From an uncultured Candidatus Entotheonella sp. (lineage in GTDB: Bacteria > Tectomicrobia > Entotheonellia > Entotheonellales > Entotheonellaceae): a stretch of DNA of 64,000 nt. Below are positions 1-10,159 of this stretch, one piece after another (position 1 is the stretch's first letter; each line of letters opens with the position of its first letter). A program made the translations under genes and the position numbers. A model generated the notes under the pieces. That model made no database searches, was not told the DNA's origin, and worked only from the letters and a program-made list of their open reading frames with translations. The stretch spans positions 256,001 through 320,000 of the forward strand of contig CBDCDA010000001.1 in NCBI GenBank assembly GCA_965215335.1. The letters are read 5' to 3'.

Positions 1-1
1 C

Positions 2-196
2 TTCGAGCGTTTTTACCGCACCGACAAGGCGCGCGACCGTGCCAGCGGCGGTACCGGTCTGGGACTGGCCATCGTGAAACACATCGCTCAAATCCACGAT
101 GGACAGGTCAGCGTTACCAGTGAAGTGGGGAAGGGGAGCACGTTTTCGCTGCATCTCTCGCAGCCCAGGACCGCCGTGGATTCGGCGCAAAACTGA
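2..196 (+). CDS. Sensor histidine kinase, C-terminal HATPase_c end (partial, PhoR-like)
   Basis: Hand translation in frame 2 gives [48 protein letters not shown], with F-box and G2-box motifs; ends TGA at 194-196. Confidence 0.9.
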   Translation, partial: FERFYRTDKARDRASGGTGLGLAIVKHIAQIHDGQVSVTSEVGKGSTFSLHLSQPRTAVDSAQN

Positions 197-216
197 CACC
201 CGACAAGGAGGATACC

Positions 217-1965
217 ATGACGAGCGCTCCCGGCGGTCTTTCTCAGCCCGCGCACGAGGTGAGCATGCGTTTCGACGTCAAGGTGCCGATGCGCGACGGT
301 GTGGCATTGTCCACCGATATCTACCTGCCGGCCATTGACCAGCCGGTGCCGGTGGTGCTCATCCGCACGCCATACAACAATAACAATGAAGCCATCGTGC
401 AGGACTGCATGTACTTTGCCGTGCGCGGTTATGGCGTGGCGACGCAGGACGTGCGCGGCCGGTGGGATTCAGACGGCAACTGGTACCCATTCGTGCACGA
501 GGCCGAGGACGGCTTCGACACCATGGAATGGGTCGGGCGGCAGCCGTGGTGCAACGGCAACATCGGTACCGCGGGCGGCTCGTACGTGGCCATGGTGCAG
601 TGGCAGACGGCACCGCTGCGCAGCCGCTTCCTGAAGGCCATGGTGCCGCGCGTCGGCTACTCGGACTTCTATCACAACTGGGTGTACACCGGCGGAGCCT
701 TCCAACTCGCCTTCAACCTGCGCTGGGGCGCCGTTCAGATGTCCACGCGCACGAATCAGGTGCAGTACCTGTGGCTCCCCGCGGCGAACCACCTGAACAC
801 GCTACACTGGCACCTGCCGCTGAACACCATGGACGCCAAGGCGGGCCGCGCCTCGCAGGTGTGGCAGGACTGGGTCGCGCACCCGGATTACGGCGACTAC
901 TGGCGCCGCATGCGGCCCGTGGCGGCGTACTATGCGGACGTCGACGTGCCGGCTTACGGCATCGGCGGCTGGTACGACGTGTTCCTGCAATCGACGCTCA
1001 ACAATTTCGTGGGGGTCCGGGCGCATGGGCGCCCGCCGGGCAAGCAGCACCAGAAAATCATCATCGGCCCGTGGATTCACGACTGCGGTCACATGGGACT
1101 GGATACGCGTACCGGTGACGTGGAGTTTGGGAAGGCGGCGCGCGTCGACCTGATGGCCGAGCACGTCCGCTGGTTCGACCACTGGCTGAAGGGTATGGAC
1201 ACCGGCATCGAGAAAGAACCGCCGGTGAACGTCTTTGTCATGGGCGCCAACCGCTGGCGGCAGGCCGACGACTGGCCGATTCCGGGCACGACGTACGTGC
1301 CGTACTACCTGCACGGCCAGGGAGGCGCGAATTCGCTGTTCGGCGACGGCGTCCTGGACACCAGCCCGCCGGCAACGGAACCGCCCGACCGCTACACCTA
1401 CGACCCCGAACAACCCGTGCCGACGGTCGGCGGCAGCACCTGTTGCTCCGAGGACGTGACCCCGGTGTCCATGGGGCCGCGCGATCAGCAGCCCGTCGAG
1501 TGGCGGCCGGACGTGCTGGTGTACACCTCGGCGCCGCTCGACGGCGACCTTGAAGTCACCGGCCCGGTCAGCATGACCCTGTACGCCGCCTCCGACGCGC
1601 CGGATACGGACTTCACCGCCAAGCTCGTCGACGTGTATCCCGACGGCACCGCCATCAACGTCGCCCAGGGTATCATCAGGGCGCGCTACCGCGATTCGTG
1701 GGAAAAACCGTCGCTGCTGGAGCCGGGGCGCGTTTATGCGTACCGTATCGATCTGTGGTCCACCAGCAACTGCTTCCGTCAGGGCCACCGCATCCGCGTC
1801 GAAGTCGCCAGCAGCAACTTCCCGCAATTTGACCGTAATCCCAACACCGGCCACCCCTTCGGCCAGGACGCCGTGCTCCGCAAGGCGCGCCAGGTCGTGC
1901 ACCACGACGCCGAGCATCCGTCCCATATCGTGCTGCCGGTCGTGCCCGTTGTTGATGCACAGTGA
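217..1965 (+). CDS. CocE/NonD family hydrolase (peptidase S15 / PepX_C)
   Basis: 582 aa; MRDGVAL, RTPY, QDVRGR, GGSY nucleophile, GGWYD, GPWIH, C-terminal SSNFPQFDRNPNTG; RBS aaggagg. Confidence 0.92.
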   Translation: MTSAPGGLSQPAHEVSMRFDVKVPMRDGVALSTDIYLPAIDQPVPVVLIRTPYNNNNEAIVQDCMYFAVRGYGVATQDVRGRWDSDGNWYPFVHEAEDGFDTMEWVGRQPWCNGNIGTAGGSYVAMVQWQTAPLRSRFLKAMVPRVGYSDFYHNWVYTGGAFQLAFNLRWGAVQMSTRTNQVQYLWLPAANHLNTLHWHLPLNTMDAKAGRASQVWQDWVAHPDYGDYWRRMRPVAAYYADVDVPAYGIGGWYDVFLQSTLNNFVGVRAHGRPPGKQHQKIIIGPWIHDCGHMGLDTRTGDVEFGKAARVDLMAEHVRWFDHWLKGMDTGIEKEPPVNVFVMGANRWRQADDWPIPGTTYVPYYLHGQGGANSLFGDGVLDTSPPATEPPDRYTYDPEQPVPTVGGSTCCSEDVTPVSMGPRDQQPVEWRPDVLVYTSAPLDGDLEVTGPVSMTLYAASDAPDTDFTAKLVDVYPDGTAINVAQGIIRARYRDSWEKPSLLEPGRVYAYRIDLWSTSNCFRQGHRIRVEVASSNFPQFDRNPNTGHPFGQDAVLRKARQVVHHDAEHPSHIVLPVVPVVDAQ

Positions 1966-2039
1966 ATAGATGACGCTGCGGCCCTTCGGTGCAGGCGAGG
2001 GCGAGGCCGATGGCCTGCGCTTGCTCGTGTGGATGGGGA

Positions 2040-2380
2040 AGCGGGTGTTTCCGGGAAAACGGGGACACCCAGTTACAGCAGATCACCTTCGAGAAAGGTG
2101 CGAATGAAAGCGTTTCGCCAGACCAGGCCGCGGGTGTCATCCGGGGCGAGAAAGGAGGACGAGAAGCCACCGCGGGACCACAGTTTCCCCATGGCATCGG
2201 TGCCGGTCTCGCCGACGTTCAGGGGCGGCAACCCGTAGTACGCAATCCGACCCGCGAGCGTCTCCGATGACTGGCGCAGCAGGTCGGGGCCGGCGCTTGC
2301 CCAGGACGAGGAATCGGGCGGGGTTGTCGGGCTGTCACCAGTACGCGCAGCAACTGAAAAAGTCCTGCGCTGATTTGACC
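2040..2380 (-). pseudogene. Decayed fragment of an AAA_14/DUF4143-type ATP-binding protein
   Basis: Frameshifted pieces LFQLLRVLV / PARFLVLG / PDLLRQSSETLAGRIAY...KLWSRGGF...WRNAFIRTFLEGDLL* match the middle of this family; no start or Walker A. Confidence 0.7.
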
Positions 2381-2395
2381 TATGCGAGGTGTCAC

Positions 2396-2425
2396 TTGAC
2401 ATTGCGTACCGCTGTTCGTTACGTT
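2396..2425 (+). promoter_or_regulatory. Sigma70-like promoter with overlapping operator-like inverted repeat upstream of the higB remnant
   Basis: TTGACA (2396-2401), 18 nt, TACGTT; imperfect palindrome gtaccg-ctgtt-cgttac; ATG 5 nt downstream (leaderless, as in many toxin-antitoxin operons). Confidence 0.45.
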
Positions 2426-2430
2426 GCGAC

Positions 2431-2538
2431 ATGATCAAGAGCCTTGTGGACAAACAGACCGCGACGGTTTTCGCCAGGCATGCCGGTTACCGGCATGCCC
2501 GTGCATATCCAGCACTAGGCACAGGCCAGAAGGATTGA
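2431..2538 (+). pseudogene. HigB-like (RelE family) toxin N-terminal remnant
   Basis: MIKSLVDKQTATVF resembles the HigB start (MIKSFxDKxTxxxF); continues frameshifted as MPVHIQH*; no antitoxin follows. Confidence 0.5.
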
Positions 2539-2772
2539 ACAATGGTCATGTCAAGTCGCGACAACAACAAAGGATTTCGCCGACTTCACCAACAGCATCA
2601 TCAATGTAGCAGAAGCCGGTCTCATCAAGATTAGGACCCGCTCCAGCTACTACACCATACCGGTCCAGATGGATTTGTTCACCGCGCCACCGGCTCCTCT
2701 GGGAAAAGACAACCATGCGACCGGCCAATTTTCCCCGCAGCACCAAGACCAACTACCTTACGGTAACGGCCA

Positions 2773-3383
2773 ATCAGGCTCAGGGCCTGTAAAGGGTCAT
2801 CAAGGTGCGCGGCGTCCCACGCGTCGATGACCGAAAGGTCATCAGCGCCATCATCCATGGTCATTCGCTACGGCCTCATGTGGCGCGATGCCCCCGCCTG
2901 CCACGGACCCCACAAGACCCCCTGCAACCGCTTCGTGCGCTGGAGCAAGGCCGGGGTATTCGGGCGCACCCGAGGCGGCCTCGACTCCAAGCTCCACGCG
3001 GTCTGTGACGGCGATGGCAAGCCCGTCGTGCTGCTGTTGACGGCGGGTCAGGTCAGTGACTATCGCGGGGCTGATACGATTGTGCCTGCTCTACCGGCGT
3101 CCGGGGTCCTGATAGCCGACAAGGGCTAAGACAGCAACCGGTTGCGCCGGGCGCTTGCCAAGCGAGGCATGGCGTCGTGCATTCCGGGCCGTTCCAACCG
3201 TAAAGAGCCGATCGTCCATGACAGCGAGCTTTGCAAGAGTCGTAACCTCATCGAGCGTCTGTTTGGCAGACTCGAGGATTGGCGTCGCATCGCCACGCGC
3301 CATGACCGGTGTGCGCACACTTTTTTCAGCGCCATCTGCCTTGCTGCCATGGTCATCTTCTGGTTATGAGTCCTGGGCCTGAT
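2773..3383 (+). mobile_element. Degenerate IS5-family element (IS427-like) with transposase pseudogene
   Basis: RGVPRVDDRKVISAII / WRDAP...GPHKT..NRFVRWS / GRTRGGLDSKLHAVCD / LIADKG*DS / RNLIERLFGRLEDWRRIATRHD; frameshift, internal deletion and premature TAA; terminal IRs atcaggctcagg (2773) vs reverse complement atcaggcccagg (3383). Confidence 0.85.
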
Positions 3384-3385
3384 CG

Positions 3386-4735
3386 ATGCCATACCAGAAC
3401 GAAAGAGCAACGGGTGACTCCCTGTGGCGGCTTGAAGACAACGAGAGCGTCCAGAACTTTAGAGGGGCCATCCGAACCAGAGACCCGCAGGACCACCAAG
3501 TTCTTCCGCCTGTCGTCCACCCCCCACGCAAGCAAAGAGCGATCAAAAGAATCATTGCTATCGACGGTTCTACGGTTGCCAAAACAGTACAGAACGGATT
3601 TCCCAAAGCCGAAGCCGCGCTGTTCAACGCCGCCGTTATTGTCATCAAAACCGACGAACTCGGCAAATTCGGCGGCGACCATGTCCCCAGTCCTAGCCAA
3701 CTCCGCGACCTGGAAAAGGTCAATACAATGAGCGCAGTTCTACCCGGTCCCAACGTGGTAGGCAAAAAACCGGGAGAGGATACCCCCAAGAAATTCTTCC
3801 GCTCGACCATACGACAAGAGCTCAACTTCAAACTTGATCCGGGCCATGAATCACTACTAGAAACGTTCCTTGCCATCACTGCAGACGACTCCGGCAGGGA
3901 CCGCAGGTTCCAGTGTCCGCTGGAGGACTGCGAACATAGGCTCACCAGACCGAGAATGGACACCCTCTGCTGTTGCGACAAGCGTGAGCAACTCTATCCC
4001 ACGGACAGCATGCGTACTCATGAACGATTCTACGACAACAGTAGCAGCGAGCAGGCGTTCACTGCCTTTCGCATGGTGACCGAGCACCTCTTATTGGTCA
4101 ACATTCTGAGATACTTCAAATTGAACCATCCTGCAAAATGGTTCGATGACATAGCATTCGTGATGGATGGCCCCTTGGCCATCTTTGGGATGCCCGCCTG
4201 GCTCAAGGAGCACATACAGGCCGAAATTGCACGCATCCATGACGACCTGGCAAGGCAAGGCCACGCGGGACTACTGTTGATGGGCATGGAGAAAACCGGG
4301 GAGTTTCTGGCACATCTGGAAGAATTAGACTGGCATCCATCCAAAGGTCCACGGCAGCGGTTGCAAAACGGTACCGCCTTCGCCCCCACCACCGAGTACA
4401 TCTACCGTCACATCAGACCCAGCCCAGATACTCGAAAAGCGTATGGGCAAGCCGTCTACTACGGACGGAAAATCCTATACAAAAACCTGACAGGTCAGCA
4501 TGCGGTCGTGATGACGCCCATCGTCAACGCTGTCGGGCGGAAACCCAATGGTACCGAATTAACCGCCTTTCCCCGCTTGGGCGAAGCCCTGGACATTGTG
4601 GATGAGCTTTATACCCATCTATACCGAGATGGATTTGCACCTTTGGTCCGAGCCAACGCCCACGCTGCCATACCACTGCGGCGAGGCCAACGCATATTGG
4701 CCAATCTGTTCGACGGCAAGGATTCCAGCCCCTGA
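3386..4735 (+). CDS. NurA-like nuclease domain protein
   Basis: 449 aa; IIAIDGS, FVMDGPL, GMEKTG and C-terminal ANAHAAI match NurA-type (RNase H-fold) motifs; Cys cluster CPLEDC...CCC. Confidence 0.7.
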   Translation: MPYQNERATGDSLWRLEDNESVQNFRGAIRTRDPQDHQVLPPVVHPPRKQRAIKRIIAIDGSTVAKTVQNGFPKAEAALFNAAVIVIKTDELGKFGGDHVPSPSQLRDLEKVNTMSAVLPGPNVVGKKPGEDTPKKFFRSTIRQELNFKLDPGHESLLETFLAITADDSGRDRRFQCPLEDCEHRLTRPRMDTLCCCDKREQLYPTDSMRTHERFYDNSSSEQAFTAFRMVTEHLLLVNILRYFKLNHPAKWFDDIAFVMDGPLAIFGMPAWLKEHIQAEIARIHDDLARQGHAGLLLMGMEKTGEFLAHLEELDWHPSKGPRQRLQNGTAFAPTTEYIYRHIRPSPDTRKAYGQAVYYGRKILYKNLTGQHAVVMTPIVNAVGRKPNGTELTAFPRLGEALDIVDELYTHLYRDGFAPLVRANAHAAIPLRRGQRILANLFDGKDSSP

Positions 4736-5904
4736 TGAAATCGGCGCCCACAGACTTTTCCCACGACACAGCTGCCGGCCGGTGGGCGCGTCTTGGTCCC
4801 TACTATGCCATGTTTCCCATCCCCTTCGCTGAGCACGTGATCACGCTTTATACCCGAATGGGGGATACGGTCATCGATCCATTCTGTGGCCGTGGCACGG
4901 CTCCTTTCATCGCCATGGTCTACGGTCGAAAAGCCATCGGATGCGACGTCAGCCCCGTCGCCTGGCTATACTCAAAAACCAAAACCGACCCCTACCCGGA
5001 GCCGGAAGCGGTCAAGAACCGAATTTCCCAGATCCGAGAGGCCGCCACCCTGGACGACGGCAAACCTGCCAACGAGTTCCAGGAATTGGCCTTCTGTCGG
5101 CCGGTTCTGGGTTTCGTGAATGCAGCAAGACGAGAACTCAAGTGGCGGCACTGCCAGTTGGACCGTACCGTGGCGACCCTCTTGCTTCAGCACCTGCACG
5201 ACAAGAAGGGACGCGGATTGTCCAACCAGCTACGTCACTCCCGCGCCCTGTCCCCCGGCTACTGTATTCGTTGGTGGCGGGCCAACGGATACCGCGTGCC
5301 GCCGCAAGTCGAACCACAGGATTTCTTGACGAAGCGCGTCACATGGCGCTACGCCAAAGGTACTCCCAGACCACGCCATGGCGAAGCGCCGAGTATCGCC
5401 CTGGGCAAGGCCGAGACCAGCCTGCCCCACACCAATACCCCAGCCAGACTGGTCTTGACATCTCCACCCTACAGTAATGTCACCAACTACCGCGCCGACA
5501 ACTGGCTCAGGCTATGGGCATTGGGCGAAGGTCCGGCTCTCCCCAACTGGAACCGAGAACAGAAATTTGCCAATTCTGAAACGTACTTCCAGATGCTGCG
5601 GGAATCGCTGACCTCCACCTGGGCCCGGACCTGCGCTGATACCATATGGTACATCCGCTCCGACGCCCGTCGGCGGACAAAAGAGGCAATCACGGCAGTC
5701 ATGATGGACCTTCTTCCTGACCACAGAGCCTACGAGCGACCTGCCCCTTACCATAAGCCGACGCAGACAGCGCTGTACGGCGACTCCGAACCGAAACCCG
5801 GCGAGATAGACCTCCTGTATATGCCGCCAAGACGTAGAAGAAGGGGCTTTACGCTCCATTTTGGACAATCAAGACTCAAATCAAAACGGCGATACTTTTT
5901 TTGA
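4735..5904 (+). CDS. Site-specific DNA amino-methyltransferase (N4-C/N6-A)
   Basis: GPYYAMFP, motif I DPFCGRGT, motif IV TSPPY; start overlaps the upstream stop (TGATG). Confidence 0.85.
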   Translation: MKSAPTDFSHDTAAGRWARLGPYYAMFPIPFAEHVITLYTRMGDTVIDPFCGRGTAPFIAMVYGRKAIGCDVSPVAWLYSKTKTDPYPEPEAVKNRISQIREAATLDDGKPANEFQELAFCRPVLGFVNAARRELKWRHCQLDRTVATLLLQHLHDKKGRGLSNQLRHSRALSPGYCIRWWRANGYRVPPQVEPQDFLTKRVTWRYAKGTPRPRHGEAPSIALGKAETSLPHTNTPARLVLTSPPYSNVTNYRADNWLRLWALGEGPALPNWNREQKFANSETYFQMLRESLTSTWARTCADTIWYIRSDARRRTKEAITAVMMDLLPDHRAYERPAPYHKPTQTALYGDSEPKPGEIDLLYMPPRRRRRGFTLHFGQSRLKSKRRYFF

Positions 5905-6041
5905 ATTGCACATCCGTGGCAAAACCTTTCTGCGTGCTTTGTTAGCGCCTTCGTTCCATCGCGTTGCGGCGTCATGCCTTGGGCTGTAGCATGAGCAAGC
6001 ATGTTCCAATCAACCCCACGATGAAGTCTGGAGAGAAGCGA

Positions 6042-8912
6042 ATGAGAGTTGCCCGTCCTTGGCTGCGAGTCCTGTTGGGTGGTGTGGTGCTGTTCGGCTG
6101 GCTGCTGTCCGTCGGGGCGGCGGCGGATCTGGACCTGGAGGCGCCGTTGCCGGTGGACCCGGCGGTGCGGCGGGGAACCCTGGACAACGGGATGTCGTAT
6201 TGGGTGCGGTCGCATGTCACGCCGCCAGGGAAGATCGCGTTCTGGTTGCACGTCTCGACGGGGTCGCTGAACGAGAGGGACGGGCAGGAAGGGATGGCGC
6301 ACTTCCTGGAACACATGGCGTTCAACGGCTCGGAAAATTTTCCGCCGGGTGAGTTGCTGCCGTACTTCGAATCCATCGGGCTGCGATTCGGCCAGCACCA
6401 AAACGCCTTCACCAGCCTCGACCAGACGACGTACATCCTGACGCTGCCGGACACCAAGCCCGAGACGATCGACAAAGGGCTCCTGTATCTCTCCGACGTG
6501 GCGTTTCGGATGCTGCTGCTTCCGGAAGAGATCGACAAGGAAAGAAGCGTCATTCTGGAGGAAAAGCGGGCGCGGAAGGGCACACGGCAACGGCTCATGG
6601 AACAATTCCTGCCGGCTGTCTTGCCGGGCTCGCGCGTGGCGCGGCGTCTGCCCATCGGTCTGGACGAGACGCTCAATGCCATCCAGCGCGAGGACATGCT
6701 GGACTACTACTCGACCTGGTACCACCCCGCCAAGACGACCTTGCTGGCGGTCGGGGACCTCCCGGTCGACACGATGGTAGCTGCGATCAAACGCCATTTC
6801 GACGGCTGGCAGCGTCCGGACCCGGCGCCGCAGGACCTGGAAGCGGGCATCCGGCCTCATGAGGGATCGCGCGCCGTGGTCCTGACCGACCCCGAGTTGA
6901 CTGTCGCCCGCCTGGAGACGTTGGCTGTCATGCCCTACGCGCCGCGCCAAACGGTCGGCGATTACCGGCGGCATCTCGTTGAGCAGGTGGGCACCTGGAT
7001 CGTCAACCGGCGCATGGAGCAGCGCGTCCAGGAAGGCGACGTGCCGTATCAGGATGCGGGCACGTATATTTCCCGGTTCTTCGGTGTCGCCCGGCAGGCG
7101 GTTGCGGGCGCAGAAGCGGCGCCCGCAAACTGGAGTGACGCCTTTCGGGCCCTGATCCAGGACATGCAGATGGCGCGCCACCACGGCTTCTCGCCCGAGG
7201 AGTTGGATACCGCAATGCGCGCTTTGCAGGCGGAGGCGGAGCAGGCCGCGCAAACGGAAGTGACGCGCGACGCGCACGCCTTGTTGGGCACCATGAACCG
7301 CGCCTTGAGTCGCGGCGAACTGCCGCGCTCGGCTTCCCAGACCGTGGCCTTGGTGAAGGACATCCTGCCCACCATTACCGCCGAAGAAACCGCGGCGACC
7401 TTTGCGGCGCGCTTCAAACCGGGCAGGCAGGTGCACATTCTGATTCTGCCCGAGCAGGCGGACGTACCCGCGCCCAGCCGTGACGACGTGTTGAAAGTCG
7501 TTCAGGATGCGTTGGCGCGGCCGGTGGCGGCCTGGCAGAGCAAAGAGCGACCGACCGAGCTATTGGCGCAGGACCCGCAGCCGGGCGACATCATCGAACG
7601 CACGCATTTCGCCCCGTTGGCCGTCACGCACGTGACGTTTGCCAACCAGGCCCGGTTGCACTACCGATTCATGGATTTCAAGAGGGATCACGTTTCGGTG
7701 ACGGTGACACTGGCGGGCGGGCGCATCCGCGAAACCGCCGGCCAGCGCGGCATCACCGCGGTGGCCACGCAGCCGCTGACGAAGCCCGCCACCTCGCAGT
7801 TCTCGTCCACCGACATCCGCGACATGATGACCGGCAAGCAGGTACAGGTGCAGGGTCAGGCCGATGCCGACTCGATCACCCTTACGGTGTCGGGCACGCC
7901 GGAGGCCCTGGAAGACGGCCTGCGGCTGGTTCACCTCTTGATGCGTGACGCCAGGATCGAGCCGACGCTGGTGGAGTTGTGGAAGAATCAGGAGTCGCAG
8001 GCCCTGGCCTCGCAACGCACGGACATTGGCGCCCGCAGCTACGAGGCGGCGCGGCTGGTCCTGAGCGGCAACGACCCGCGGCAGGCCACGCTGACGCCGG
8101 AGCAGATCGCCGCGCGCGCGGCAGCCGTTCCGGCGGCGCAAGCCTGGCTTGACGCCATCCTGCGGTCGGCGCCAATGGAAATCGCCATCGTCGGCGATAT
8201 TCCCGAGGGGCGGGCGATTCAACTCGCCGCCACCTACCTGGGCTCGCTGCCGCCGCGTCAGCGCCACGACCCTGGTTTGGAGCCACTGCGAGAGGTGGCC
8301 GGATTCACGGGGCCCGTCACGCAGACGATCGAGGTCGAAACCATCACCCCGCGCGCCCACCCCATCCTGATGTGGCGCTCCACCCCCTGGCGCGAGGTGC
8401 GCGCTCGTCGTCTCATGTTCATGGCCGCCCGCATTCTGGAACGCCGCATCCGCAAGGAAATCCGCGAGGATCGCGGCCTGACGTATTCTGCCGAGACGTA
8501 CGTGCATCCCAGCCGGGTCTATCCCGCCATGAGCGCCCTGTACGTGGATTTCACCGCCGACCCGGATAAAGTGACCGAAGCCGTGATGGTAGCGAAAAAG
8601 ACGGTCGAGGAATTCGCCGCCGCGGGGCCGACCGATGAGGAGGTCGAAACGGTTCGCAAGCAATTGCGCAACAGCCTGGAAACGATGCTGAAGGAGCCCC
8701 GGTTCTGGGTGTACATCCTGGCCGACATGGAATACCACGGCACGCGCCTGGAGGATGTCGTCGGCCTGGTGGACAAGCTGATGGCGTATTCCAAGGCCGA
8801 CATCGCCGCGCAGGTCCGAAAGGTCATCGTGCCGGAACGCTTCGCCCTGGTCATCGCCACGCCCAAGGCTGCCGCGGCAAACGACCGCGAGGCGCAACGC
8901 GACGTTCGCTGA
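6042..8912 (+). CDS. M16 family (insulinase/PqqL-like) zinc peptidase, secreted
   Basis: GMAHFLEHMAFNGS (inverted HxxEH), NAFTS, IREDRGLTYS; ATG 6042 after ggagag gives a signal peptide. Confidence 0.9.
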   Translation: MRVARPWLRVLLGGVVLFGWLLSVGAAADLDLEAPLPVDPAVRRGTLDNGMSYWVRSHVTPPGKIAFWLHVSTGSLNERDGQEGMAHFLEHMAFNGSENFPPGELLPYFESIGLRFGQHQNAFTSLDQTTYILTLPDTKPETIDKGLLYLSDVAFRMLLLPEEIDKERSVILEEKRARKGTRQRLMEQFLPAVLPGSRVARRLPIGLDETLNAIQREDMLDYYSTWYHPAKTTLLAVGDLPVDTMVAAIKRHFDGWQRPDPAPQDLEAGIRPHEGSRAVVLTDPELTVARLETLAVMPYAPRQTVGDYRRHLVEQVGTWIVNRRMEQRVQEGDVPYQDAGTYISRFFGVARQAVAGAEAAPANWSDAFRALIQDMQMARHHGFSPEELDTAMRALQAEAEQAAQTEVTRDAHALLGTMNRALSRGELPRSASQTVALVKDILPTITAEETAATFAARFKPGRQVHILILPEQADVPAPSRDDVLKVVQDALARPVAAWQSKERPTELLAQDPQPGDIIERTHFAPLAVTHVTFANQARLHYRFMDFKRDHVSVTVTLAGGRIRETAGQRGITAVATQPLTKPATSQFSSTDIRDMMTGKQVQVQGQADADSITLTVSGTPEALEDGLRLVHLLMRDARIEPTLVELWKNQESQALASQRTDIGARSYEAARLVLSGNDPRQATLTPEQIAARAAAVPAAQAWLDAILRSAPMEIAIVGDIPEGRAIQLAATYLGSLPPRQRHDPGLEPLREVAGFTGPVTQTIEVETITPRAHPILMWRSTPWREVRARRLMFMAARILERRIRKEIREDRGLTYSAETYVHPSRVYPAMSALYVDFTADPDKVTEAVMVAKKTVEEFAAAGPTDEEVETVRKQLRNSLETMLKEPRFWVYILADMEYHGTRLEDVVGLVDKLMAYSKADIAAQVRKVIVPERFALVIATPKAAAANDREAQRDVR

Positions 8913-8935
8913 CGTGCGAGGTGCGCGGCGGACGC

Positions 8936-10159
8936 CTAGCCCTGCAAGAGCCGGTTCGCCGCCTGCTCCAGGTGTTCCAGCGTCCAGCACTCCAGCACGT
9001 CGTCGCAGAACGGCGCGTACACCCCGATGATCGAATCCCCCGTATCCCACTCGCGGCGCGGCTCCGGGTTGAGCCACAAGATGCGGCGGCTGCGTTGACG
9101 AATTTCCTCCAGCGTCCAGAACTGCGCGTCAAAGGCATTGTTGCGCGCGTCCCCCAGAACGACCACCACTGTCTCGTGCGTCAGTTCGTCCAGGTAATCG
9201 CGGTAGAACTGATAGAAGGCGCGCCCGAAGTCGCTGAATCCGAAGAGGTTGAGCTGCGGAACCTGGCGCAGGGTCTTGAGGTCCTGGGGAAAGCGCATGC
9301 GGCGGAACAGGTCGGTCACCTCGACCATGCCGTTGACGAACACCAGGCTGCGCACCTGACTGAACTCGGCTTGCAGGGTGTGTACGAGCTTCAGCAGAAA
9401 CGTGGAGACCTGCCACACCGAGCCGGACACGTCGCACAGCACCATGAGCCGAAGCTTGGTTTGCTTACGGCGCCGGTGGATCAGGGTGAAGGGAACTTCG
9501 GTGCCGCTGCGCAGACCCTGCAGCACGGTGCCCCGCAGGTCCACCCGCCCATGACGGGCACGTCGGTAACGCAGGGCGCGGCGGGTCAGCAGTTGAATGG
9601 CGAGGCGTTCGACCTGGCGATACATGTCTTCCAGGCGATCGGGCGGAAACGGGCGATCGAGACGCGTGTGGAGCGCCTGCATGCCCGGTTTTTCGGGCTG
9701 CACCACCACGGGACCCAGGGGTGCCTTCAGTTGCTGCTGCCAAGCTCGCTGCAGGGCGTCCAGTCTCTCCTGAGCCTGCGACTGGACGGGGTCGGCGGAC
9801 GGCCGCCCCTTGCGCTGGTGCAGGGCGCACAGCGACGGCGGGGAGGCCGACGAGCCACCGTCGTGGCGGGCGTGCGGCGTTGGCCGTTGGCCCGCCTCGT
9901 TGCCGTTCTGGTGCTGGTGTTTCGACCGTCGCCGCTTGCGCCGCCGCGGCACGGTGAAGAAGCGCTGGAACAGGGTGTCGAACAGGCTGAAATCGCGCTG
10001 CGACTTGATCAGGATGGTGCGCAGGCCGAGGCGCAGCAACTCGCGGTCGTCCAGGCCGACGTGGCCAATGCTGCGCAGGGCTTCGAGACTCTCGGCCACG
10101 GAAACGCGCAGCCCCTGTTCACGCAGCAGGCGCACGAAGGCGAGAAGGCGAGGGGTCAT
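8936..10159 (-). CDS. CoxE-like VWA domain protein
   Basis: LLAFVRLLREQGLRVS, LCDVSGSV (MIDAS), GFSDFG, VLGDARNN, WLNPEP; start ATG 10159 overlaps the upstream stop. Confidence 0.88.
   Translation of the reverse strand: MTPRLLAFVRLLREQGLRVSVAESLEALRSIGHVGLDDRELLRLGLRTILIKSQRDFSLFDTLFQRFFTVPRRRKRRRSKHQHQNGNEAGQRPTPHARHDGGSSASPPSLCALHQRKGRPSADPVQSQAQERLDALQRAWQQQLKAPLGPVVVQPEKPGMQALHTRLDRPFPPDRLEDMYRQVERLAIQLLTRRALRYRRARHGRVDLRGTVLQGLRSGTEVPFTLIHRRRKQTKLRLMVLCDVSGSVWQVSTFLLKLVHTLQAEFSQVRSLVFVNGMVEVTDLFRRMRFPQDLKTLRQVPQLNLFGFSDFGRAFYQFYRDYLDELTHETVVVVLGDARNNAFDAQFWTLEEIRQRSRRILWLNPEPRREWDTGDSIIGVYAPFCDDVLECWTLEHLEQAANRLLQG

Noticed and set aside
2546..2752. Short ORF with LDETG, resembling an IS630/IS66 catalytic motif
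   Set aside because: A single short motif with no other transposase similarity that I can support
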